Notes under the pieces: model-generated | Told to the model about the DNA's origin: nothing | What the model saw: the letters and a program-made list of their open reading frames with translations, nothing else | Databases searched by the model: none | Part shown: one piece after another, positions 9,337 through 20,015 of the stretch | How positions within the stretch are numbered: position 1 is the first letter of the stretch | Layout of the letters: each line of letters begins with the position of its first letter | Program-made: the position numbers and the translations under genes | NCBI GenBank assembly: GCA_963699755.1 | Contig: CAVOVB010000007.1 | Coordinates: 256,001 to 320,000, forward strand | Length of the DNA: 64,000 bases | Source: an uncultured delta proteobacterium | Lineage (GTDB): Bacteria > Myxococcota_A > Polyangia > Polyangiales > Houyiibacteriaceae | Direction of reading: 5' to 3'

Positions 9337-10884
9337 ATGGGAGAGCTGAAGGCAGATCTCGAGGCCCGCGGCTTCGAGCTCATCGAGACACATATCTCAT
9401 GGGTCTTTTTGGGCGCCGAGCTAGTGTACAAGGTCAAGCGCCCAGTCGACCTTGGCTTCCTCGACTTCACGACCACCGAAAAGCGCCGAGCGGCCTGCTA
9501 CTCAGAGCTCCGCCTCAACCGACGGCTCGCGCCCGACGTCTACCTCGATGTGCTGCCGATCACGGTCGATGAATCGGGCCTGCACGAGATCGCCGGCCAA
9601 GGCGAAGTCGTGGACTGGGCCGTGCAAATGCGGCGCCTACCCGTTCAAAGGCGCGCAGACGAGCTCTTGAAAGCCGGCTTGCTGACGCCCGGGCAGATCG
9701 ACGCGCTCGCCGCGCACATTGCTAGATTCCACGAAGGCGTGCGCTGCGACTCGGAGACCTCCAAGCATGGCGCCGTCGAAACAATCCGCCAAAACGTAAG
9801 AGAGAATTTCGAGCAGACCCGAGACTCGATCGGAGACTATCTGAGTCCGGAGCAAGCGCGCGAAGTCGAAACCTGGCAATCGAAGGCGCTCGGCAATGAT
9901 GCTCCGTTCGTGGCGCGAACCATGGCCGGACGCGTCCGCGACGGGCACGGAGACTTGAGGCTCGAGCACGTGTATTTCGAATCGGACGGGTCGATCTCGA
10001 TCATCGACTGCATCGAGTTCAACGATCGCTTCCGATACGGCGACGTCTGCGCGGACATCGCGTTCTTGTCGATGGACCTCGCCTGGCACGGACGTGTGGA
10101 CCTCGCCGAGCGATTCCTGGCGCGCTACGCCCGTGAATCGAACGACTACGCGCTCTACTCAGTGGTAAACTTCTATGAGAGCTACCGGGCCTTCGTGAGA
10201 GGCAAGGTCGCTTCATTGCTAGCCGCGGACACGGAGGCATCCCCAGCCACAAGGGCCCGTGCTCGACGGGAAGCTAGGCGCTACTTCCTCCTCGCTCTGG
10301 CATTTGAACGCCCGCCGCTCGTTCCGCCGAGGGTCGTCGTGGTCGCCGGAATGATCGGGAGTGGAAAGAGTCAGACCGCGGCGACGATCGGCGATTTGCT
10401 CGCCGCTCCCGTCCTCAGCTCGGATCGGACTCGGAAGCTGCTCATGGGCCGAAAGGCGACAGACCCCCTCCCGGGCGGAGCTTGGTCCGGCGCGTACTCC
10501 CGAGGCACCACCAAGCTGGTGTACGACGAGCTTCTGAGGCTCGCCGAGATCGTGCTCTCTTCCGGTCGTCCGGTCGTGATCGATGCCTCGTTTCGGACCG
10601 CCGCGATGCGCGGAGCCACCCGCTCCTTGGCGGAGCGGCACGGGGTTCCATTCATGCTGGTCGAGTGCATCGCCTCCCGAGAGCTGATTACTGAGCGGCT
10701 CGCCGCCCGCGAAGGCGCCGGGACACACGAGAGTGATGCAAGGGCCGACTTGATGGACGAGTTCGAAAAGCGCTTCGAGCCCATCGACGAGCTTGAGTCA
10801 TCGGAGCACCTTCGATTGGACACCTCTCGACCCGTCGACGAGACGCGGGACCTGCTCGAACGAGCCTTCGCAAGCTACGTGTAG
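9337..10884 (+). CDS. Bifunctional aminoglycoside-phosphotransferase-like / P-loop kinase (COG2187+COG0645, Rv2004c-like)
   Basis: IETHISWVFL, VYKVKRPVDLGFLDF, RDGHGDLRLEH and DCIEFN, then Walker A GMIGSGKS and VIDASF. Start at ATG 9337 inferred. Confidence 0.85.
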   Translation: MGELKADLEARGFELIETHISWVFLGAELVYKVKRPVDLGFLDFTTTEKRRAACYSELRLNRRLAPDVYLDVLPITVDESGLHEIAGQGEVVDWAVQMRRLPVQRRADELLKAGLLTPGQIDALAAHIARFHEGVRCDSETSKHGAVETIRQNVRENFEQTRDSIGDYLSPEQAREVETWQSKALGNDAPFVARTMAGRVRDGHGDLRLEHVYFESDGSISIIDCIEFNDRFRYGDVCADIAFLSMDLAWHGRVDLAERFLARYARESNDYALYSVVNFYESYRAFVRGKVASLLAADTEASPATRARARREARRYFLLALAFERPPLVPPRVVVVAGMIGSGKSQTAATIGDLLAAPVLSSDRTRKLLMGRKATDPLPGGAWSGAYSRGTTKLVYDELLRLAEIVLSSGRPVVIDASFRTAAMRGATRSLAERHGVPFMLVECIASRELITERLAAREGAGTHESDARADLMDEFEKRFEPIDELESSEHLRLDTSRPVDETRDLLERAFASYV

Positions 10885-10885
10885 G

Positions 10886-11782
10886 TCAGGGACGAACCGC
10901 AAGCACCGGAACGGGCGAATACCGAAGGCAATATTGTGAGGCGCTGCCAAGCATCATACCACGCAACCGTCCCTGTCCCCTGCAGCCCACGAAAACGAGG
11001 TCGGCGTGGATGCTCGTGGCCGTATTGCAGATGGTCTTCCCGATCGGTCCATCCAGGATCTGTATCGTCGTGCTCGGCTTGAGCCCTTCGGTCACGACGA
11101 GCTGCTCGAGCCGTGAACGCGCGGCCGAGGAGATGCCTTCGAGAACGCTCGGCCACTCGCTTGGCATCTTTCTCTCGGTGATTGGGTGCGGCACCACGTG
11201 CAGCAGCGCCACCTGACCGTCGATCGCGTTCGCGACATCCCGCGCCCAGCGAACGGCTTCGATCCCGTGCGCAGAAAAGTCGACACCGACGGCGATGCGC
11301 GCTTTCGAGTAGTCGCTGCGAAGTCGCCCACAGGAAACCAGGACCGAGCAGGGAGCTTGCCTGACGACCCGCTCCGCCGTCGAACCGAGCAAGCGCTCCG
11401 GCAGACCGATCGCTCCCGCCGGATCGCCCACCGCAATCAAGTCGGCGTTGACCGAAACAGCGGTGCGCAGGATCGTTTCCCAAGGACGACCCTCTTCACA
11501 GGAAGTCTGGCAACTCAGACCCAGGTCTTCGCAGGCCTTGCGCTCGCTTTCGAGCTCTTCGATCGAGTTTTCGAAGCGCCCTTTTAGTCGCTCGCGAAGC
11601 GCCTGCGCGGCCGTCCTCGCGCCAATGGGCAGATCGGGCCATGGATGATCCAAGCCCACCTCGTTCGCATGCACCAGCCAGAGGGTCGCGCCCGTGGCCT
11701 GCGCGGTCGAGATCGCGAGCTGCATCGCACGGTGGCCTGACTCACCTAGGTCGGTTCCCACAACGATCGTCTTGATGGCCAT
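10886..11782 (-). CDS. Universal stress protein (tandem USP domains)
   Basis: IVVGTDL...LLGSTAERVVRQAPCSVLV and IAVGVDFS...LGSASQYCLRYSPVPVLAV. Confidence 0.9.
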   Translation of the reverse strand: MAIKTIVVGTDLGESGHRAMQLAISTAQATGATLWLVHANEVGLDHPWPDLPIGARTAAQALRERLKGRFENSIEELESERKACEDLGLSCQTSCEEGRPWETILRTAVSVNADLIAVGDPAGAIGLPERLLGSTAERVVRQAPCSVLVSCGRLRSDYSKARIAVGVDFSAHGIEAVRWARDVANAIDGQVALLHVVPHPITERKMPSEWPSVLEGISSAARSRLEQLVVTEGLKPSTTIQILDGPIGKTICNTATSIHADLVFVGCRGQGRLRGMMLGSASQYCLRYSPVPVLAVRP

Positions 11783-11794
11783 AGATCCTGCCCG

Positions 11795-11810
11795 AGCAAG
11801 CACCATGCCA
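11795..11810 (-). promoter_or_regulatory. Sigma-54 promoter of the tandem USP gene
   Basis: Minus strand reads TGGCATGGTGCTTGCT, a near-consensus -24/-12 element. Predicted +1 falls within about 2-3 nt of ATG 11782. Confidence 0.8.
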
Positions 11811-11850
11811 GATTCCTCTGGAGAAATCTCCCCTTCTCACGACGGCCTGC

Positions 11851-12282
11851 TCACATTCCTGGATCGGAGAGCGATTGGATCGCGTATTCCACGAAATCGG
11901 AGTCAGTTAGCATGCCAACGAGCTTCCCGTCCTCGACGACCGGTACACAGCCGTAAGCATGGGAGCGGAGGATCAGCGCCGCTTCCAAGGCTGGCGTGTC
12001 GGGATAGACCGTACGCACTTCTTTCGTCATGACCCACCGCGCTTCGATCCAGCGGTTCATGTGTGACTGCTCAGTCGAGAGGGCGCCCGATAGGCTTCCT
12101 TCCTGACTCCGCAGCACGTCACGGTGCGAGATGAGCCCGAGCAAGCGCGCCGTCTCGTCCACCACGGCGACGTGGCGGATGTGGTGTGCTTCCATCAGTT
12201 GAATGACCTCCCGAAGCGGGCTGGTCGGACCGACGGTCTTCACGGGCTGCTTCATGAGATCTCGGACCAGTAGCTGCGCCAT
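11851..12282 (-). CDS. CBS domain protein (single pair)
   Basis: VRDLMKQPV...IRHVAVVD...GLISHRD; WVMTKEV...GCVPVVEDGKLVGMLTDSDF. Confidence 0.9.
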   Translation of the reverse strand: MAQLLVRDLMKQPVKTVGPTSPLREVIQLMEAHHIRHVAVVDETARLLGLISHRDVLRSQEGSLSGALSTEQSHMNRWIEARWVMTKEVRTVYPDTPALEAALILRSHAYGCVPVVEDGKLVGMLTDSDFVEYAIQSLSDPGM

Positions 12283-12295
12283 TCCCCGTGTTTAC

Positions 12296-12377
12296 CGCAT
12301 ATTCTGTGACCGCACCTATCCACAGAGAGGCCTGCGCATATTTTGCGCTTGCTCGGATTGCAAATGCAGAATATTCG
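12296..12377. promoter_or_regulatory. Three enhancer-like sites: CGCA-TATTC-TGTG (12296), GCGCA-TATTT-TGCGC (12334-12348, perfect) and TGCA-GAATA-TTCG (12365)
   Basis: Repeated palindrome with an AT-rich 5-nt spacer in the divergent CBS/WS-DGAT intergenic region. Confidence 0.7.
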
Positions 12378-12429
12378 CTCATGCTGTCTCGATCTCTGCA
12401 GAGAATCAACCTATCTGCCAGCAGCTGAC

Positions 12430-12446
12430 TAGGCTCGCATCTTGCT
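12430..12446 (+). promoter_or_regulatory. Sigma-54 promoter for WS/DGAT and the response regulator
   Basis: TAGGCTCGCATCTTGCT = GG-N10-GC with TTGCT. Predicted +1 is about 5 nt before ATG 12462. Confidence 0.7.
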
Positions 12447-12461
12447 TGTACCCTCGCTGTC

Positions 12462-13889
12462 ATGCCGGAAACCTTCTACGAGCGTCTGAGCGCCTTGGAT
12501 GCGACGTTCCTCGACGTCGAAAGTAAGTCCGCGCCCATGCATGTCGGTGCGGCCCTGGTGTTCGACGCAAAACCGCTCACCCTCGAGCACGGAGGCCTCG
12601 ATATCGAGCGCCTAAGCAAGTACACCGAGGCGGCGGTGGACTCGATTCCCCGCTACCGGCAGCGGATCGAATGGATTCCGGGGTACCGACACCCGGTTTG
12701 GGTCGACGACGATCGGTTCAACATGCACTTCCATCTGCGCCACACGCGGCTGCCCCTGCCGGGTGACGAGCGCTCGCTCAAGCGCTTGGTCGGCCGACTG
12801 TTCTCGCAGCACCTCGATCGGAGCAGGCCGCTTTGGGAGTTCTGGGTCGTCGAAGGAGTGGAGAATGACCGCTTCGCGCTGGTCATCAAAGTGCATCACT
12901 GCATGGTGGACGGCATCGCGGGCGTCGAGCTGCTTCAAGCCTTGTTGCAGATCAGCCCGGACGCGGTGGAGCGCGAGCCAGAACCATGGCAGGCGCGCCC
13001 GGCCCCGAGCGGCTTGCAGCTTCTCGTCAATGAGACGAACCACCGAGTCGACGGTCTGCGCAAGCTCAGTCACTTCATGCCCCGCGTTCGAGAGAACTTC
13101 AAAGGAGTGTCGAACGTGTTGCGTTCTGGAATGAAGCCCGCTCCACGGACACCATTTACCGAGCATGACATCAGCCCATACCGTCGATTCGACTGGACGA
13201 CCTTCGCGCTGGACGACGTGAAGGCGATCAAGAACGCTTTGGGCGGAACGATCAACGATGTTGTTGTCGCGACGACTACAGCCGCCGTGCGGCGCTATCT
13301 TCTACGTCATGGCACGGACGTGAATGCAATGGAAGGTTTCCGTACGCTGCTTCCCGTGAACACCAGGAAAGTCGGTGGGCCGTCGGGCGGGAATCACGTA
13401 GCCATGCTGCTCGCAGATCTCCCCGTGTCCGAACCGGACCCCACCGAACGATTGCAGAAGGTCATTCGCGTGACCACGGAGTTGAAGAACGAGTCCAACC
13501 AGACCGGAGGCGCCGAGCTTCTCGAAGATGTGGCCGACCTCACGACCAAGCGCATCGTTTCCGAGCTCTACCGCGCGGCGATGAAGCTGCGCACCTACAA
13601 CTTGATCATTACCAACGTCCCAGGGCCGCCGATCCCACTCTACATGCTCAGTGCGCGGATGACGGCCATCTATCCGATGGTCCCCTTGATGCAAAACCAG
13701 AACCTCGGCATTGCTCTGTTCAGCTACGCCGGCAATCTGCACTTTGGATTCAACGCGGACTGGGAATCTTTCCCCGACGTTCATGAATTCGTCGAGGATC
13801 TCGACGCTTCCTTCTCTGAGTACCAGCAGCTCGCCGCCATACGCTCTACGGAACTGCCAGGAGGAAAGGACGCTCGGGCGCGGGCCTAG
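12462..13889 (+). CDS. Wax ester synthase / diacylglycerol acyltransferase (WS/DGAT)
   Basis: RLSALDATFL, PMHVG, LDRSRPLWE, catalytic HHCMVDG, GGTINDVV and ITNVPGP. Confidence 0.95.
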   Translation: MPETFYERLSALDATFLDVESKSAPMHVGAALVFDAKPLTLEHGGLDIERLSKYTEAAVDSIPRYRQRIEWIPGYRHPVWVDDDRFNMHFHLRHTRLPLPGDERSLKRLVGRLFSQHLDRSRPLWEFWVVEGVENDRFALVIKVHHCMVDGIAGVELLQALLQISPDAVEREPEPWQARPAPSGLQLLVNETNHRVDGLRKLSHFMPRVRENFKGVSNVLRSGMKPAPRTPFTEHDISPYRRFDWTTFALDDVKAIKNALGGTINDVVVATTTAAVRRYLLRHGTDVNAMEGFRTLLPVNTRKVGGPSGGNHVAMLLADLPVSEPDPTERLQKVIRVTTELKNESNQTGGAELLEDVADLTTKRIVSELYRAAMKLRTYNLIITNVPGPPIPLYMLSARMTAIYPMVPLMQNQNLGIALFSYAGNLHFGFNADWESFPDVHEFVEDLDASFSEYQQLAAIRSTELPGGKDARARA

Positions 13890-13903
13890 AAAGCAAAGCA
13901 ACC

Positions 13904-15327
<1,424 letters not shown>

Positions 15328-15331
<4 letters not shown>

Positions 15332-16509
15332 GCCCCGGTCGGAATCCAGAACGACGCGCGTGTGCCACCATGAGGGAGCGGGGTCAGCGTCGCAGCGCCG
15401 CCGTGTAGGTCGACGATTCGCTTGACGATCGCAAGGCCGAGACCGGTACCGGCGTCCTTCGTGGTGACGAAGGACTCAAAGGCCCGCCCAAGGACTTCGC
15501 TCGAGACTCCGGGACCATTGTCGATCACGGCGAACTCCCAGCGCTTGTCGCTCAAGATCCGGCTAGTGATCCGGATGGCCGGCTGAGGGCAGCTCGCCAC
15601 TGCTTCGACCGCGTTCGTAATGAGATTGTTGACGACTTGCTTGAGGCGGTCGCTCTCGACTACCAGGGTGCAGGAACCCGCGTCGATGTCCTCGATGAAC
15701 TCAATCCCTTGTGACTCGATCTCTGGGCGGCGCAGCTCCAGGACCTCGCCGAGTAGCGTGCTCGCGTCGCAAGGGACTGGCTCCATCCGCCGGGCCCGAG
15801 CCAAGTTCAAGAAATCGTCCAACAAGAGCGACAGTCGCCGGAGCTCATCCTGTACCACGTTGGTCCGCCGTTCGATCTTGCGACGGGTGGATGCGTCCTC
15901 GACGCGCGAGGCCGTCCGCCGGAGAACATCGAGTTGTAGCTTCGCGGCGTTGAGCGGGTTTCTCACCTCATGAGCCAAGCCGGCGGTAAGGCGCCCCATC
16001 ACCGCGAGCGACTCCGCTTCGGCAGTCTTCTTGAGCACGTAGGCCTCGCGATAGCTTTCGAGCATGATGGCCAGCTCGATATCGCAAATCTGGTCGATCA
16101 CCCGGTGGTCTTCGAAGACCACTGAGCCGTCGGGAGCCGACTCCCACACGGCACGATGAAGGCCGACACGAACTAGATTCATAGCGCCGAGCATGTATCG
16201 CTGTTCGAGCCCGACCTTGACGTGGACGCGGCCGATCCGGGCGCGCCCTTCGTAGTACGCGCTGTCGTAGGTGCCCTCGAACAGCCCCTGGAGCCAGCGC
16301 CTGAACGAGAGCTTGAGGCGCTCGACCTGGGCTTCGCTCGTCAGCACCGCGCGCGCGCCGGGATCTTCGAGGATCGCCTCGTAGAACCGAGCCACGATGC
16401 CCTCGTGATAGGGCTCCATCCGACTACGCATCGCCCGCAAGCGACGGGCGGACTCGGCATCGAACCTCACGTAGCTTCTGAGGGCCGCAAGCAGGCTGGC
16501 ATCGGCCAT
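15328..16509 (-). CDS. Protoglobin (globin-coupled) sensor histidine kinase, soluble
   Basis: Globin domain with ARFYEAI (B10 Tyr) and IGRVHVKVGLEQRYM (proximal His). H-box LAHEVRNPL, N-box NLITNA, DNGPG and GTGLGL. No transmembrane segment. Confidence 0.88.
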
Positions 16510-16515
16510 TAGGCC

Positions 16516-16544
16516 TGGCTAAGAAACTGCGCCCCTCCTGTCAA
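16516..16544 (-). promoter_or_regulatory. Sigma-70-type promoter of the globin kinase
   Basis: Minus strand reads TTGACA-N17-TAGCCA-N6-ATG. The spacer contains a GCGCA half-site. Confidence 0.6.
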
Positions 16545-16565
16545 GCGATTACGCCAATCGACCGG

Positions 16566-17051
16566 TCAAAAGGCCGACAGCGGGGGAAGCCGGACCATGC
16601 TCACTGGGCACGGCGCCTCCATGGCGAGCCTCTGGATGTCGAAGGGATTGACCTGATCAGCTCCGGTCATTGGCTGAATGCCAAGTAGGATCAGGTCGGC
16701 GCTCGAGCGCTGAGCGCTCTGCAAGACGTAGTCAGGCCAATGCCCGTCTTCGTAGAGCTCCGCTCTGCAGCGGACGCCGCGATCGGCACACCATTGCCGT
16801 TGGCGCTCGAGGAGCTGCCCTTCTTGGCGCAGCCTTGCCTCCACCCGGTCGCGCCAGCCATTGCCGTCCTCGCGCATCGACGGTGGAGGCTCAGTCCGTC
16901 GGCTCCCGCCACCTCCGTAGGTAGAAACCAAAACCACCTCGCCGTCGGTGGGACCAGCGATCAACGCAGCGAACCCCACCAGCTTGTAGCTCGCGGACGT
17001 CAGGTCCGTCACGGTAAGAATTGTAGATGCCATACGCGCCACCAGAGCCAT
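16566..17051 (-). CDS. Universal stress protein (single, divergent domain)
   Basis: TILTVTDLT...ADLILLG...RLAMEAPCPVSMV. Start is ATG 17051 (at predicted +1) or 17033. Confidence 0.75.
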   Translation of the reverse strand: MALVARMASTILTVTDLTSASYKLVGFAALIAGPTDGEVVLVSTYGGGGSRRTEPPPSMREDGNGWRDRVEARLRQEGQLLERQRQWCADRGVRCRAELYEDGHWPDYVLQSAQRSSADLILLGIQPMTGADQVNPFDIQRLAMEAPCPVSMVRLPPLSAF

Positions 17052-17061
17052 TCGAACCAGC

Positions 17062-17077
17062 AGCAAAGTGCATGCCA
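17062..17077 (-). promoter_or_regulatory. Sigma-54 promoter of the single-domain USP
   Basis: Minus strand reads TGGCATGCACTTTGCT, a near-consensus -24/-12 element. Confidence 0.8.
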
Positions 17078-17120
17078 TGTAAGAAACCCTGCAATACGGC
17101 GCACCGCTCGGTCGGCCGTC

Positions 17121-17163
17121 GGAAATCCTTGCGGGGAAAATCGAGAATACGCAGTTTTTGCGT
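17121..17163. promoter_or_regulatory. Paired enhancer sites: degenerate GGAA-ATCCT-TGCG (17121) and perfect ACGCA-GTTTT-TGCGT (17149-17163)
   Basis: Same palindrome core as at 9222 and 12335, again with 29-bp spacing. Confidence 0.7.
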
Positions 17164-17190
17164 CAGTCGAGCCGAGGGTTAAGCTCGAGC

Positions 17191-17916
17191 ATGGGTGATT
17201 CCCGGCGCCATCGCGGACCGCATCCGATGGATGCGCAGCTGTTTTCGGAGCAGGCAGTCCCTGTGCTCAGAGACGCCGTGGCGGACCTGAGCTGGCTGCG
17301 AAGCCGTGGCTACTCCGACACCTCGGCGGTGAAGCTGGTTGGGGACCGCTATCAGCTGCGCAGTCGCCAACGCATCGCCGCCAGAAGGTGCGCCTGCTCC
17401 GACCAGGCCATGCAGAAGCGAGCCTCGAGACGATGCGAGCCGGAGACCATGGAGGGGCGCTCCTTGCTGATCGATGGCCTGAACGTGATCACCACGATCG
17501 AGGTGGCGCTAGCGCATGCGGTCTTGTTGATCGGACGCGACGACTGCATGCGGGACATGGCGAGCTTCCGAGGAAGCTACCGCTTGGTAGAAGAGACCGA
17601 GCGGGCGGTTGGCATCCTCGTCGAAGTGGTCAGCTCTATGCGGGCGTCTGAGGTGATGGTGTGCATCGACCGCCCGGTGTCGAACTCCGGCCGGCTCGCC
17701 GAGATCGTGCGAAAGACAGCAGCCACAAAACGATGCCGAATCGAAGCGAGGACAGCAGACTCCGTGGACGAAACCCTCAAGGCGTCCACCGCGGTGGTCG
17801 CCACCGCCGACAGCGCGATTCTCGATCAATGCGGCGAATGGCTGAACCTGGCGCGCTTCGCAATCGAGCGCCACGAGGCTGAGCTCGGACCGCTGTGGCT
17901 ACTGGACTTGTCCTAA
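17191..17916 (+). CDS. DUF434-family protein (PIN-like)
   Basis: DLSWLRSRGY...LVGDRYQL, LLIDGLNVITTIE, GRDDCMRD, PVSNSGRL and VATADSAILD. Confidence 0.75.
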   Translation: MGDSRRHRGPHPMDAQLFSEQAVPVLRDAVADLSWLRSRGYSDTSAVKLVGDRYQLRSRQRIAARRCACSDQAMQKRASRRCEPETMEGRSLLIDGLNVITTIEVALAHAVLLIGRDDCMRDMASFRGSYRLVEETERAVGILVEVVSSMRASEVMVCIDRPVSNSGRLAEIVRKTAATKRCRIEARTADSVDETLKASTAVVATADSAILDQCGEWLNLARFAIERHEAELGPLWLLDLS

Positions 17917-18810
17917 CTGCAGGTGTCGATTCAGGAAATCGAGCGTGGCCTGAACCACTCGGCTCCGGTGGGGCTCGAGGGCAGCTTCCATGTGCTCGCA
18001 ATCGAGCTCGATGATCGTAGCAGAGCTGCACCTGCGGGCGCGACGCATGGTCGGTCCCGGCGGATTGATCTGATCTCCGCGTGAAGCAACGAGGAGAATC
18101 GGGCGAGAAAACCGCGCCAGCAGCAACCCCGGTACATAGCTCCAGAAGAACAGCGCGATACGGGCTGGGGTGTCGTAGTCGAAGTCCAATGGGACGAGGG
18201 CGCTGTAACCTCGATATGCGTCGCTCGAGGTGAGCAATCCGAGCTCGCCGGGAGCTGCGGTGAGTGGAACCAGAACCGGGGGGCGGCCGAGCCAAGAGCC
18301 GACGAGGTCTTTCGTCGCTCGCCCTACGATACGAACGAGGTTGAGCAGGCTCCAGCCTTTCATCGCGGCCAAGGTACTGCTCAGGCCATCGAACATAGGC
18401 ACTACCGAAACGGCAGCGGCCACGGTCGCATCCCTGGAGGCGGCTGTGAGCGCATGACCTGCGCCGAGTGAATACCCCCAGCTGACGATGCGGGTCGAAT
18501 CGACCTCTGATCGAGCCCGTGCATACGCGAGTGCAGCAGCCCAGTCCGCTAGTTGCTTGCGGATCGAGATGAGCTGGCGAGGCTCCGAGCCGCTGTCGCC
18601 AAAACCGCGGTAGTCGAAGAGCAGCACGGCGTAGCCGGCGCGTGCGAAGGCAAGCGCCAGCTCCAGGAGGCCACAGTGACGCGTCAACCCAAAGCCGTGC
18701 CCCATCACGATGCACGGGCGGGGCTCCTCAGTCCTCTCGGGCGAGAAAAACCAAGCGCGGCAGACCTCGTCACCGCTCCGAAACTCCACATCGACCTGGC
18801 GAACCCTCAC
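17899..18810 (-). CDS. Alpha/beta hydrolase (peptidase S15/esterase-like)
   Basis: IVMGHGFG, FDYRGFGDS, nucleophile elbow GYSLG, DQI and a C-terminal His. Confidence 0.85.
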   Translation of the reverse strand: MRVRQVDVEFRSGDEVCRAWFFSPERTEEPRPCIVMGHGFGLTRHCGLLELALAFARAGYAVLLFDYRGFGDSGSEPRQLISIRKQLADWAAALAYARARSEVDSTRIVSWGYSLGAGHALTAASRDATVAAAVSVVPMFDGLSSTLAAMKGWSLLNLVRIVGRATKDLVGSWLGRPPVLVPLTAAPGELGLLTSSDAYRGYSALVPLDFDYDTPARIALFFWSYVPGLLLARFSRPILLVASRGDQINPPGPTMRRARRCSSATIIELDCEHMEAALEPHRSRVVQATLDFLNRHLQLGQVQ

Positions 18811-18813
18811 GGC

Positions 18814-20010
18814 CTAAGACTCAGCGATTTTCAGCGCTTCATCAAGTCCGCCACGGCTTGCGATCAGCATGCGGAGCTGGATCAGCTTGGCGGGCCGGTT
18901 GAAGGCCAGCGCGCCGACGAGCCGGCCGGCACGGGCGTAGAGCGCGATGAGCTTTTCACCCTCCGGCATGCCGCCAGCGAAGACCAACTGGTCGCTCGGC
19001 TTAGGCCTGCCCGCACCCTGAATCTTGATGTCGAACTGGTCGGACCAAAACATCGGCACAGACGCGAAAGGTCTCGCTTCGCCCTGCGCCGCTAGCAGAG
19101 TCGAGACGGCGTGACGCGCTTGCTCGACGGCGTTGGTCCAATGCTCGACTCGCATCCGTTCCTCGAAGAGCGGGTTGTACCAACTGGCCACGTCCCCAGC
19201 CGCCACGACGCCAGGGACACTGGTCGCGAGGGTGGCGTCGCAGCGGACGCCATCTTCGATTTCGATTCCAGAGCCTTCGAGCCACGAGACCGAGGGTTTA
19301 ATGCCGATGCCGACCACGACGAGGTCGCAGAGCACTTCGGTGCCATCGTCGAGCCGCAGGCTGTCGACGCGATCGGCGCCGCCAAAACCTTCAACCCGTC
19401 GTCCACAAAGCACCCGGACACCGCGACGCTCGTGCGCACGCTGTAGAATTCCTCCAAGCCGAGGTCCCAGGCTTTGGGCGAGAGGGGTCTCCAAGGCTTC
19501 GACCATGGTGACTTGGAGCCCCAGCTGCCGGGCAGACGCTGCGACCTCCGCACCGATGAAGCCCGCACCGATGACGGCGACCCGAGGCTTGGTCTGGAAA
19601 GCGGCGCGAATCGCAAACGCATCATCGAGCGTCCGCAGGACGTGAACGCCCTCGAGCGCAGGCTGATTCGGAAGCTCGCACACCTCGCCGCCAGTCGCGA
19701 TGACCAAGCCGTCATAGGAAACCGAATCCCCGCCGTGGAGTCGGACCTCGCGCGCATTGTTGTCGAGGCACAAGGCCCGTTCTCCAAGCCTGAGGTCGAC
19801 ATTCAAGTCGTCGTAGCTCTTGTGGCGCAGCGCTAGGCGCTCTTCGTCCGCTTCGCCCCGGAGCACCTCCTTGGACAGCGGCGGCCTATCGTAGGGCAAA
19901 TGCTTCTCACCACCGATCAAGACCAGCTCGCCCTCGAACCCGGCCCGCCGGAGGAACTCCACGGCACGCAACCCCGCAAGGGACGCCCCTACTACGGCGA
20001 TCCGCTTCAT
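18814..20010 (-). CDS. FAD-dependent ferredoxin-NAD(P)+ reductase (HcaD/putidaredoxin reductase type)
   Basis: IAVVGASLAG, PYDRPPLSK, IGAGFIGAE, AAGDVA, RVEHWTNA and FWSDQF. Confidence 0.9.
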   Translation of the reverse strand: MKRIAVVGASLAGLRAVEFLRRAGFEGELVLIGGEKHLPYDRPPLSKEVLRGEADEERLALRHKSYDDLNVDLRLGERALCLDNNAREVRLHGGDSVSYDGLVIATGGEVCELPNQPALEGVHVLRTLDDAFAIRAAFQTKPRVAVIGAGFIGAEVAASARQLGLQVTMVEALETPLAQSLGPRLGGILQRAHERRGVRVLCGRRVEGFGGADRVDSLRLDDGTEVLCDLVVVGIGIKPSVSWLEGSGIEIEDGVRCDATLATSVPGVVAAGDVASWYNPLFEERMRVEHWTNAVEQARHAVSTLLAAQGEARPFASVPMFWSDQFDIKIQGAGRPKPSDQLVFAGGMPEGEKLIALYARAGRLVGALAFNRPAKLIQLRMLIASRGGLDEALKIAES

Positions 20011-20015
20011 CCCCC

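Noticed and set aside
8799..9476. Apparent bidirectional overlap of the 225-aa and 569-aa ORFs
   Set aside because: An artefact of taking the longest ORF. Plausible starts at 9134 and 9337 leave a regulatory intergenic region. The ORF-track starts at 368, 32421, 33481, 39398, 39963, 47944, 52515 and 57671 are similarly over-extended.
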